This document shows, piece after piece, positions 27,144-35,697 of a DNA stretch of 41,385 bases. The stretch lies in assembly GCA_965648905.1 (NCBI GenBank), contig CBFGIT010000023.1, positions 1 through 41,385 on the forward strand. The letters run 5' to 3'. The stretch comes from a candidate division WOR-3 bacterium. Its GTDB lineage: Bacteria; Hydrothermota; Tepidihabitantia; Tepidihabitantales; Tepidihabitantaceae. Each line of letters opens with the position of its first letter. Positions within the stretch are counted from its first letter, which is position 1. The notes beneath the pieces are model-generated. The model did not search any database and was not told the origin of the DNA. It saw only the letters and a program-made list of their open reading frames with translations. The position numbers and the translations under genes were made by a program.

Positions 27144-27257
27144 GGTCACCTCCAATGCGGCACCTGACGGTCACGGACTTGCGGATTGCCCGGCTGCCAA
27201 GGGGCAGCCGGCATTGACATCGCCACAGGCCTGCGTCAATCAATCCGCTCTACCATC

Positions 27258-27285
27258 ATTATGAGCCAAAGCCGGCAGATGTCAA
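27258..27285 (-). promoter_or_regulatory. promoter TTGACA-N16-CATAAT
   Basis: Hexamers at 27285-27280 and 27263-27258. Confidence 0.6.
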
Positions 27286-27458
27286 GCACGAGTCGCCCCC
27301 CCCTATCGGGGTAACATCTTGTCAATTCGTCACTTAGCGGACACGCGCTGTCGAACGTACCAGGCAAAGGCGTAGGGGGGCTAGACAATCGCGGCCCGCC
27401 TGCCTCTGCGTGTCGCACGCAGCCAAGCTTGCGCGGACAAACCCGGCCGGGGCGATGT

Positions 27459-27487
27459 TTGACAACTCCTAGCTCGGTCTGCATAAT
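27459..27487 (+). promoter_or_regulatory. promoter TTGACA-N17-CATAAT
   Basis: Hexamers at 27459-27464 and 27482-27487; SD-like GAAAGGT before ATG 27532. Confidence 0.6.
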
Positions 27488-27531
27488 TACCTGTCTAGCC
27501 CCTGCCGGTAGCAACCACTGAAAGGTAAGCG

Positions 27532-28437
27532 ATGAAGAGAGTCCTTGCGCTTGAACTAGTCCTTGCGCTGGCTACCGGTGCCTTCGGCGACCTGCTGGTC
27601 AACGGCAGTTTTGAGCAGCCGCTTGACGTCGGTTGGACCCAACGTTCCGAGGGTTCGGTCGGTGAGTCCCGTTTCGAGTGGACCGATACCATGGGCCAGC
27701 CCGTGCCCGGCCATGCGGCCCGGGTGTGGCGCTACCTGGCCAGCTTTGCCTCGTTGTCCCAGACTGTGGACGTGTCCGGTCCGGACCTGCAGTTCGAGAT
27801 GGACGGCCGCCTGAGCATCGGCGGCGGCTCCTCGACCTGCTGGCCGGTGGCAGCTATCATTCTCCGTTATACTGACGCGGCCGGGGTCTCGCTCGGCAAC
27901 TCGCGCATCTATCTGCACAACCAGTACTCGACCTGGGTCAGCAATGACACTCAGCATCTCATCGACATCACATCACCGGGAGCATGGACCCGGTATTCAC
28001 TCGACGTGCGCAATGAGATAACGCAGAACCTGCCCGGCATCAACCCGGATGCCGTGCGCAAGGTGACGGTCGACCTGTTCGGGTTCGACAACGGAACCTG
28101 AGGGGGAGGCTGGGCGGAAGTTTCCGCCGACAACGTCTCTCTCGTCGCCACCGCGGTCACTGAGCAGCCGGCTGCCGGACTAGAGCCCGCATTCACCGTG
28201 ACCAACCCGGTGGCCCGTGACGTGACCATCAGGTTCAGCCTTACGCAGGCCGGGTCGGTGAGCTGTGTCGTGTACGATGCCGCGGGCAACCGAGTCGCTC
28301 AGCTCGCTGATGGTCAGATGGACGCAGGTGAGCACCGCCTTTGCTGGAACGCAGACGCGGTGCCCGCCGGCATCTACCTCTGCCAGTTTTCAACCAGCGC
28401 CGGAACACAGACGGTGCGCCTGGTGAAGGCGCACTAG
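27532..28437 (+). CDS. secreted jelly-roll (CBM-like) protein with T9SS/FlgD-like CTD; in-frame TGA 28099-28101, probable selenocysteine (301 aa)
   Basis: ORFs 27532..28101 and 28198..28437 share a frame and are joined by ...DNGT-TGA-GGGWAEVSADNVSLVATAVTEQP... with no other stop; SECIS-like hairpin follows the TGA. Confidence 0.75.
28102..28143 (+). promoter_or_regulatory. candidate bacterial SECIS element
   Basis: Upper stem GGCGGA/TCCGCC (28113-28118/28123-28128), apical loop AGTT starting 18 nt after the TGA; lower 9-bp stem 28102-28110/28135-28143 with G-U pairs. Confidence 0.65.
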
Positions 28438-28470
28438 GCGGTTTGGCCCAGGCCAAATAAGGAACAATTC

Positions 28471-30561
28471 ATGCGAACCTTGACTTGTCTCATTGCCGCA
28501 AGCGCCAGCATCGCCACGGCCCAGCCGATGTTCGCCGACTCACTCAACTGTCGGATGGTGGCGAACTGGCCGTTCGGCCCGAGCTGGACCACGGTCGTGG
28601 ACTCGGCCCGTAACCTCGCGTTTGTCGGCGCCGGCGGCGGGGTATACGTCGTCGACTACACCAACCCGTCCGTGCCCCGGAAGCTCTCCGAAGCGATACA
28701 CGTCAACGGCGCGGTCCGCGACATGTGTCTGGTGGGCAGCCGGCTGTACGCAGTCGGTATGGAACTGCAGGTGCTCGACGTCTCTGACCCGTCCGTTCCG
28801 GTCCTGCTCGGCATTCACCCGGCTCAGGGCCTGGCAACCGGCATCGACGTGAGCGGCAGCTACGCCTGTGTCGCGTGCCGGGATTCAGGCCTCTATGTAA
28901 TGAACGTCTCGAATCCGGCTGACATCCGTGTGGTCGGTCGATACGACACCCCGGGCCGGGCCTGGGACGTGGTGCTTTCGGGCCAGTACGCGTTCGTCGC
29001 AGACGGCGACTCGGGCGTGCGGGCCGTGAACGTGGCCGACCCGGCCAACCCGGTCGAGGTCGGGTTCTGTGACACGCCGGGCGGCTGCAAGGTCGTCTCC
29101 GGCTGGAACGACCGGCTGTACGTCGCGGACGAACGCGGCGGCGTGCGCATCATGGACATCTCGAATCCGGGCAGCGTCTGCGAAATCGGGATGTACGACT
29201 CTCTCGACGGCGTGGCCGAGGTCCGGCGTGTCGGCGACTACGCCTATGTCGCGGACTGGTCGTACGGGCTCGTCGTGCTGAACGTCGCCGACCACAGCAA
29301 CGTGCGCCGGCTCGGCCGGTACGGGATGACTCTATTCCCGCACGGCGTCGCGGTGAGCGGCTCGCTGGCGTTCCTTTCTGACTATGACGGCGGCTGCCGT
29401 ATCATCAGCGTCGTCGACTCGCTGAGCCCTTACCAGCTCGGAAGAGTCGAAGTGCCGGCCTGGGCTGCCGAGGTTGCGGTCGTGGGCAACTACGCGCTGC
29501 TGGCGGCCGGCTACTCAGGTGTGAGAATCATCGACTGCGCGAGCGGGCCGATGCCGTTCGAGGCTGCAGTCTATCCGACACCGGACCAGGTCGTCGGCAT
29601 CACGGTCGTGGGTAACACGGCGTTTCTTGGCTGCTGGAGCCAGGGCATCCGGATTGTCGACTTCACCGCCCCGCTTCACCCGGTCGAAATCGGTTTCTTC
29701 GATACCCCAGACTACGCCAACGACGTGTTCGTCCAAGGCAGCCGCATGTACATTGCTGAGCGCGGGGCAGGTCTGCGCATCGTCGATATCACCAACCCGG
29801 TCAGCCCGGTCGAACTCGGCGTATTCGACACGCCCGGCATCGCCTGTCGGGTGGTTGTTCAGGACACGCTTGCGTACGTCGCGGACCGGGAAGCCGGGCT
29901 GCGCATCCTGAGCGTCGCTGACCCGGCCCGGATGCGGGAAGTCGGGTTCCTCGACACACCCGATTATGCCTTCGGCGTCGATGTGGCCGGCACGCTGGCC
30001 TGCGTCGCCGACCGGAATTCAGGCCTCTGTGTCATCGACGTCTCGAACCCGGCCAGCCCGTTCGAGGCCGGCTCCTACGATACACCGGGTCAGGCCATGG
30101 ACGTACACCTTGCCAGCCGGTATGCCTATGTTGCCGATGCCGGCTCAGGCCTGCGCATCGTCGACATCGCCGACCCGGCCCACCCGGTACTGCGCTCGTA
30201 CTACGACACGCCCTACTCGGCTTATGGCGTTGCGCTCGCCGGTTCCCAAGCCTACGTCGCGGACTGGGGCTGTGGCCTCGCGATTGTCGAACCGGTGCTT
30301 GGGGTGGGGGAGGGCCCTGGGCCGCAGGCTTCAGGCTCCAGGCCTCAGGCCGGCATCGTGCGCGGCTGGCTCGTTCTTCCTTCCTCGGTCCTCAGTCCTT
30401 ATTCCTTACTCCTTTCCGCTGACGGCCGGCAGGTGATGTCGCTTCGACCCGGCCCCAATGACCTCGGCCGGCTTGCACCCGGTGTCTACTTTGTGCGAGG
30501 AGAGCCCCAAGCCGCAAGCAGCAAGCAACAGGCTGTCCGGAAGGTAGTGGTCGGGCGCTAG
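28471..30561 (+). CDS. LVIVD-repeat secreted protein with T9SS-like CTD
   Basis: Signal peptide; about 13 repeats of AYVAD..GLRIIDVS.P..P.EVG..DTPG; CTD ADGRQV..L.PGPND..RLAPGVYFV..RKVVV. Confidence 0.92.
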   Translation: MRTLTCLIAASASIATAQPMFADSLNCRMVANWPFGPSWTTVVDSARNLAFVGAGGGVYVVDYTNPSVPRKLSEAIHVNGAVRDMCLVGSRLYAVGMELQVLDVSDPSVPVLLGIHPAQGLATGIDVSGSYACVACRDSGLYVMNVSNPADIRVVGRYDTPGRAWDVVLSGQYAFVADGDSGVRAVNVADPANPVEVGFCDTPGGCKVVSGWNDRLYVADERGGVRIMDISNPGSVCEIGMYDSLDGVAEVRRVGDYAYVADWSYGLVVLNVADHSNVRRLGRYGMTLFPHGVAVSGSLAFLSDYDGGCRIISVVDSLSPYQLGRVEVPAWAAEVAVVGNYALLAAGYSGVRIIDCASGPMPFEAAVYPTPDQVVGITVVGNTAFLGCWSQGIRIVDFTAPLHPVEIGFFDTPDYANDVFVQGSRMYIAERGAGLRIVDITNPVSPVELGVFDTPGIACRVVVQDTLAYVADREAGLRILSVADPARMREVGFLDTPDYAFGVDVAGTLACVADRNSGLCVIDVSNPASPFEAGSYDTPGQAMDVHLASRYAYVADAGSGLRIVDIADPAHPVLRSYYDTPYSAYGVALAGSQAYVADWGCGLAIVEPVLGVGEGPGPQASGSRPQAGIVRGWLVLPSSVLSPYSLLLSADGRQVMSLRPGPNDLGRLAPGVYFVRGEPQAASSKQQAVRKVVVGR

Positions 30562-30581
30562 CTCGGCCGAGGACTACCAGT

Positions 30582-30612
30582 GCCGGGGCAGGTGAACACC
30601 ACCTGCCCCGGC
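30582..30612. terminator. 13-bp GC-rich hairpin, probable terminator
   Basis: GCCGGGGCAGGTG-aacac-CACCTGCCCCGGC 20 nt after the stop; U-tract weak. Confidence 0.55.
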
Positions 30613-30659
30613 CGGGTTTCATTCACTCCGCCGCGCCCGCCGGGCAGCGGTCGGGGTCG

Positions 30660-30856
30660 GCTCGAAAGACCAGCCGGGCAGTGCCGCGGCCTGCTTCACC
30701 CACGACGCCATCTGGGCCTCGTCGAAACCGTCTTCGTAGATATCGACCCAGCGCGTCTCTGCTGCGGGCTGTGCCGCCGGGCGGGACCGGCTGCAGCGAC
30801 GTGCCGCCGAAGAAGGTCACCTTGACGTGGCGGGTGAAGACATGGAACGACTGCCA
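30660..30856 (-). pseudogene. truncated, frameshifted DUF1801 (YdhG-like) gene fragment
   Basis: WQSFHVFTRHVKVTFFGGTSLQPVPPGGTARSRDA / frameshift / WVDIYEDGFDEAQMASWVKQAAALPGW resembles DUF1801 C-terminal halves; N-terminal half absent. Confidence 0.7.
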
Positions 30857-30983
30857 TCGGGCTCAGTACAGGCCGGGGTCGGTGTGCGTTAAGCGGCCCG
30901 GTGGCAGGGTGGTCCGGTGGCAGAGGGCGAACGGCGAACCATGGTCGGGCCGGAGTTGACAGCGGCTTTTTTCCGGCTACAAG

Positions 30984-33407
30984 ATGACTGTGACTCCTGA
31001 CCCACCGAGGCTGACCAGGGCGCTGGTTGTGCTGTTCGTCACGCTGATTCCGCCGGTCCGGGCCGGGACAAGGCATTATGAGTTCACGCGTACGCAGGAG
31101 GCCTCTTTCTGCGCCGTCATGCGGCTCGATGCTGACGGCGACGGGGTTGACGAACTGGTTACGGTCAACCCAGAACACATCTCCCTGAGAAACGCCGACC
31201 TGTACCACTATAACGATCAATGGAGAGTGGGCCACTTTACACTCAACTCGGCGCTGGCGGCCACGGACCTTGACCGCGACAACCGCCCGGAAGTGCTCAT
31301 CGGCAATATTGAGCGTGATACCCTGCGACTGTCAGTCTGGAAACCGGGGACGAACCAGGTGATGATTGCATCTCTTGCTTTGGTGCCGAACTGGTTGCAA
31401 AGCCGAGCCACAGCCCTGAGACCCCACTCACTGACTGTGGTAGACGGTGGCCTGGATGGAGAGTCAGAAGTCTTGGTTGCCGGCGAGCTCTGGACCCAAC
31501 GTCCGGTGCGAAGAGGCGTGTGGGCTTTTGACCTGAACGATGGTCACCAGTTGTGGCATTACGCCACTGGCGTTATACCTTGCGCCGTCGCGACGGCTGA
31601 CTGCGATGGCGACCAGCACGAGGAGATTTTTCTCGGCGGGTATGCGATCAGCAACGGCTGGCAGGCGAACGGCATACGCGATGATTCAAGCTGGGTCATC
31701 TGTCTGGGAAGCAACGGCCAACTGCACTGGAAACTGGCCTTGGGCGGTGCGTTCACCAATGCAGTCTGTCAACTGCTGGACCTCGACCAGGACCGGATGC
31801 CTGAACTGGTCGTGCTCGAACGGGGCGGGACTCCGAACCGGGCCGACCCGGCCAGGCTGCTTGTCCTGGATGCACGCTCCGGTGAGATTGAGGCGTGCGC
31901 TGAGTGCCGGGCCGGATACGAAGGTATGGCCATCATTGGTCTTGAGTCCGGGCAGCCTGAAATCGTGGTCGGCGGGATGGACGATACGGTGCGCGTCTAT
32001 GACCGGCAGGCGCGGCTGATCCGGCAACGCGGTTTTCCGACCCGCATCACGGTACGCGAGGTTCTGGCACTGGACCGAGGTCGCCAGGCCATCTTCGGTA
32101 TGTCGGCCCGCAACTCCATCGTCCTGCTCAGCCCCGGACTGGAGCTTCTGGCCGAAACCCATCTGGCCGAGCCGGGCGACCACTATGCCGCGTTCGTGGT
32201 CCGGACCAGACACGGGCCGCGAGTAATCGTCAGCCACTATCCTGAAACCGGCGCCTCAACCAGACCTTTCTCCGAGTTGGCCATCGTTCCGGTACCGAGG
32301 ACGGTTCCGCTCTGGCTGTTCGTTCTGGTAGTGGTCGGCCTCTTGGTACTGAGCACGGGTACGACCGCGATTGTCAGCCGCGCCTACCGGTTGGAGTTGA
32401 ACTCGACCATCAAGAGCCTGGTCCGAGGCGCAGCCGTGGTGCGATTGACCCCGAATGCCCGGGTCAAGTCACTGAATCGGGCAGCTACGGAGTTGTTCGG
32501 ATTCCGCGGCCGTGCGCGGGGCCTGGCGTTTGCTGACCTCTGTTCGGCTCCAGGTCTCGCCGCCCTTGACCGATTTGTCAAGAGCAGCCTTGACGCAAGC
32601 GAACAGCCGCTGTCGTCTGAACTGACCATCACCACGCCCGGTTCCGAGATGGCGCGGAACGTGCTCTGTCGGCTCGTGCGGGTACGACGCGACCTGCTCT
32701 TGACCCTCGAAGACGTATCCGCGGTCGAGTATCTGCGCCGGGTCGAGACCTGGGTGCCGGTTGCCCGCAACCTTGCTCATCGCATCAAGAGTCCACTGAC
32801 GACGATGAAGCTGCTCATCGGGCAGGTTGAGCGCCGTCACAGCAACGAAAGTCCAGCCACGGCCGAGGATGTGGCGGCAATGAAAGAAGAGGTTGACCGT
32901 CTGTCCCGAATGACCGATGGATTCATGCGCATGGCCCGGTTCGATCCGCCCCAACGCAGACCGGTGCACGTGCTTGACCTGGTCAACCGGGCGCTGGGGC
33001 GGCTGCCCGCGTTACACCAGTCCGGAATCACGGTTGCCCGCGAGCTGCCTGAGAACCTTGCCCAGGTGCTCGTTGACGAAGACCAGATTGTCGTGGCCCT
33101 AGCCAACGTCATCGAAAACGCGGTTGCGGCCATGGCCGGCAAAGGCACGCTGACGATTCGCGCCACAGCTCTACCGGAAAGGGTGGAGCTCATTTTCCAA
33201 GATACGGGCCCTGGCATGAGCGATGAGACTTGCGCCCGGGTCTTTGAGCCTTTCTTCACGACCAAGCGCGGTGGCACCGGCCTGGGTCTGGCTATTACGA
33301 AGAAGATAGTTGAAGAGAACCGCGGCGAGATAATGGTAAGTAGCCGGATCGGTAAAGGGACGACAGTCAGGTTCGTGCTGCCAGCAGCAAATCGAGTCAA
33401 GGCATAG
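30984..33407 (+). CDS. membrane sensor histidine kinase with extracellular FG-GAP-like beta-propeller
   Basis: Signal peptide; DxDxDxxxE repeats; one TM; PAS-like segment; H box LAHRIKSPL, N box NVIENA, DTGPGM, FEPFFTTK, GTGLGL. Confidence 0.92.
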   Translation: MTVTPDPPRLTRALVVLFVTLIPPVRAGTRHYEFTRTQEASFCAVMRLDADGDGVDELVTVNPEHISLRNADLYHYNDQWRVGHFTLNSALAATDLDRDNRPEVLIGNIERDTLRLSVWKPGTNQVMIASLALVPNWLQSRATALRPHSLTVVDGGLDGESEVLVAGELWTQRPVRRGVWAFDLNDGHQLWHYATGVIPCAVATADCDGDQHEEIFLGGYAISNGWQANGIRDDSSWVICLGSNGQLHWKLALGGAFTNAVCQLLDLDQDRMPELVVLERGGTPNRADPARLLVLDARSGEIEACAECRAGYEGMAIIGLESGQPEIVVGGMDDTVRVYDRQARLIRQRGFPTRITVREVLALDRGRQAIFGMSARNSIVLLSPGLELLAETHLAEPGDHYAAFVVRTRHGPRVIVSHYPETGASTRPFSELAIVPVPRTVPLWLFVLVVVGLLVLSTGTTAIVSRAYRLELNSTIKSLVRGAAVVRLTPNARVKSLNRAATELFGFRGRARGLAFADLCSAPGLAALDRFVKSSLDASEQPLSSELTITTPGSEMARNVLCRLVRVRRDLLLTLEDVSAVEYLRRVETWVPVARNLAHRIKSPLTTMKLLIGQVERRHSNESPATAEDVAAMKEEVDRLSRMTDGFMRMARFDPPQRRPVHVLDLVNRALGRLPALHQSGITVARELPENLAQVLVDEDQIVVALANVIENAVAAMAGKGTLTIRATALPERVELIFQDTGPGMSDETCARVFEPFFTTKRGGTGLGLAITKKIVEENRGEIMVSSRIGKGTTVRFVLPAANRVKA

Positions 33408-33428
33408 AAAGTGCAAAGGAGCGGCAAG

Positions 33429-34784
33429 ATGAAGCCCCTGGTTCTTGTTGTCGATGACGACATCGGGCTGGCTGAGCAACTGGGCAGGACGCTGCGGTCT
33501 GAAGGCTATGACGTCGTGCTCTGCCACCAGGGCGCAGACTGCCTGAGCCGCATCGCAGAGCATGACTTCAATCTCGTGCTGCTCGACCTGGTGCTGCCAG
33601 ACATGAATGGGCTCGACGTGCTGAAGAAGGTCAAGGAGCAGAAGCCCGATTTGCCGGTCGTGATGGTGTCGAGCTTTGGTACGATTCCGGTTGCGGTCAA
33701 GGCGGCCCGACTCGGTATCTACGACTTCCTTGAGAAGCCGTTCGAGCCTGACCGACTGTTCCTTGTGGTCAGAAACGCGCTTGAGCAGGACCGATTGGCA
33801 CGCGAGGTTGAAAGTCTGCGCCGCGAGACTCGGGGAAGGTACGAAATGTTCGGTTCCTCAGCCGCGATTCAGAAGGTCTTCCGGCTCATCGAACAGGCCG
33901 CGCCCAGCCAGACCACGATTCTCGTGCTGGGCGAGACTGGAGTCGGCAAGGAGCTTGTCGCCCGGGCTATCCATGAGCAGAGTCCGCGTGCCCGCCACCG
34001 ATTCGTCAAGGTAAACTCCGCCGCGATTCCGCAGGAGCTGATTGAGAGTGAGCTTTTCGGGTACGAGAAAGGCGCATTCAGCGGCGCTGTGGCGCGCAAG
34101 CCGGGCAAGCTCGAACTGGCCCACGAAGGAACCTTGTTCCTCGACGAGGTCGGGGACCTGAGCCTGTATACTCAGGCCAAGCTGCTCAGGTTTTTGCAGG
34201 ATCGCGAGTTCGAACGGGTCGGCGGAACCGAAACCCTGAGAATCGACGTACGCGTGATCGCAGCGACAAACAAGAACCTTGTTGAGGAGATCAAGAACAA
34301 GAACTTCCGCGAGGACCTGTACTACCGGCTGAACGAGATTACCATCCGCGTGCCGCCGCTGCGTGAACGGAAAGAGGACATTCCCCTGCTCTGCCAGCAC
34401 TTCTTGGAACGGTTCTGCGAAGAAGAGGGCGTGCCGATGAAAACACTGACTCCGGATGCCATTGCGTTTCTGTCCAGCCAAGAATGGCCGGGCAACGTGC
34501 GTGAGCTGCGCGGAGTCATGCGTCGGCTCGTGGTTCTCTCGCACGCGCCGGTCGTCTCGGCCCGCGACATCGCCCTGCTCGCCACCGGCAACGGCAACGG
34601 TCAGACCGCGGGAGCGCCCCAGTCCTTCTACGAGGCGCGGGACCGGTTTGAGCGCGACTACATACTCAAGGTTATTGCCGAGGAAAAGGGAAACATGTCC
34701 AGCGTGGCACGCGTACTGGACATGGACCGCAGTACCCTTTACCGGAATATGGAGCGGCTCGGCATCAAGCCGCCCCAGAGTTGA
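33429..34784 (+). CDS. NtrC/NtrX-family sigma54-dependent response regulator
   Basis: Receiver VVDDD, LLDLVLP, FLEKPF; GETGVGKE, ESELFGYEKGAFSGA, WPGNVREL; Fis HTH; SD AAGGAG before ATG 33429. Confidence 0.95.
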   Translation: MKPLVLVVDDDIGLAEQLGRTLRSEGYDVVLCHQGADCLSRIAEHDFNLVLLDLVLPDMNGLDVLKKVKEQKPDLPVVMVSSFGTIPVAVKAARLGIYDFLEKPFEPDRLFLVVRNALEQDRLAREVESLRRETRGRYEMFGSSAAIQKVFRLIEQAAPSQTTILVLGETGVGKELVARAIHEQSPRARHRFVKVNSAAIPQELIESELFGYEKGAFSGAVARKPGKLELAHEGTLFLDEVGDLSLYTQAKLLRFLQDREFERVGGTETLRIDVRVIAATNKNLVEEIKNKNFREDLYYRLNEITIRVPPLRERKEDIPLLCQHFLERFCEEEGVPMKTLTPDAIAFLSSQEWPGNVRELRGVMRRLVVLSHAPVVSARDIALLATGNGNGQTAGAPQSFYEARDRFERDYILKVIAEEKGNMSSVARVLDMDRSTLYRNMERLGIKPPQS

Positions 34785-34823
34785 CAGTAAATCAGCCCGA
34801 CAATCGAGCCTGACCTGTCTTGA

Positions 34824-34866
34824 GTGTTGCGAATCCGCAACACCGCCTGCTGCAAGAATGCAGCAG
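34824..34866. promoter_or_regulatory. tandem enhancer-like dyads (UAS)
   Basis: GTGTTGCG-N4-CGCAACAC (34824-34843) and CTGCTGCA-N4-TGCAGCAG (34847-34866), centres 23 bp apart. Confidence 0.7.
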
Positions 34867-34981
34867 TTTGACCGGCTGAGCCCGGCTTGCACCGGGCCCG
34901 AGTTCGAAATCCACGACCCAGTCTGGCCGCTAATTGCTTCTTAGGACGGCTCCTGCCTGCGGTCGGGCCGTGCTTGACGCG

Positions 34982-34997
34982 TGGCACGTGTTCTGCA
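34982..34997 (+). promoter_or_regulatory. sigma54 promoter
   Basis: TGGCACGTGTTCTGCA: TGGCACG box with GG-N10-GC spacing. Confidence 0.75.
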
Positions 34998-35199
34998 TTT
35001 GCCCAGGCATGATGCGTTGGCAAGAGACGTCTGCGGAGGGGCTGTGCCTAGACCCGCAGTTTCGGCACAGCCTGGTCCGAGGCAAAAAGACTGGTCGGCG
35101 AAGCAGGCCGGCGGTTCGTGTTCAGCAGGTTCAACCACAACCTGCCGGGTCGGCCATGAGTCACGCGTTACTGGCCCTTTGCCGACAATGGGAGGTGAA

Positions 35200-35619
35200 A
35201 TGACATCGGTCCGAATCATGCTGGCTGGACTTGGTCTGGTTGCAGCTCTGCTGTCCGGCTGCGAAATGTTCACAGAGGAGCACCTGCTCGAAATGACCGA
35301 GGCCGGCGAGGTCAAGGTTACGCTGCTCGCGAACGAGGGCACGTCCTCGGCCCTGTATCTGTATCGGCCAATCCAGGTCTTACTGTGCGCCAATTCATCA
35401 GGCAATGTCGGCAAGACCTTCTCGGCCGGGACCTATCCGGCCGGAACCGGACTTGCTTTCATGATCCAGACTAACGGCCAAACCGTGAACAGCGTCGACA
35501 ACCCAGACCACTTCCAAGTCGAGGATATCATTGACAACTGCTGGCGCATCAGTTGCGAAGACGCGGTCTCGAACGACGAGGACTTCGACGACCTGATGTT
35601 CGAAGTCAGGGTAGAATGA
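35200..35619 (+). CDS. lipoprotein with DUF4114-like acidic C-terminus
   Basis: SD GGAGGT; lipobox LSGC; ISCED...DEDFDDLMFEV. Confidence 0.72.
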   Translation: MTSVRIMLAGLGLVAALLSGCEMFTEEHLLEMTEAGEVKVTLLANEGTSSALYLYRPIQVLLCANSSGNVGKTFSAGTYPAGTGLAFMIQTNGQTVNSVDNPDHFQVEDIIDNCWRISCEDAVSNDEDFDDLMFEVRVE

Positions 35620-35697
35620 GGTTGTTTCAAGAGCGGTTCGCCAGACTTGACCAGGCGAGTGGTCGTGTTATGGTAGTCCTGAAAGGAGTCCTACTTG

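Noticed and set aside
28099..28101. Genome-wide TGA reassignment (genetic code 4 or 25)
   Set aside because: Many genes end at TGA, several overlapping the next start codon, and the other long genes have no internal TGA.
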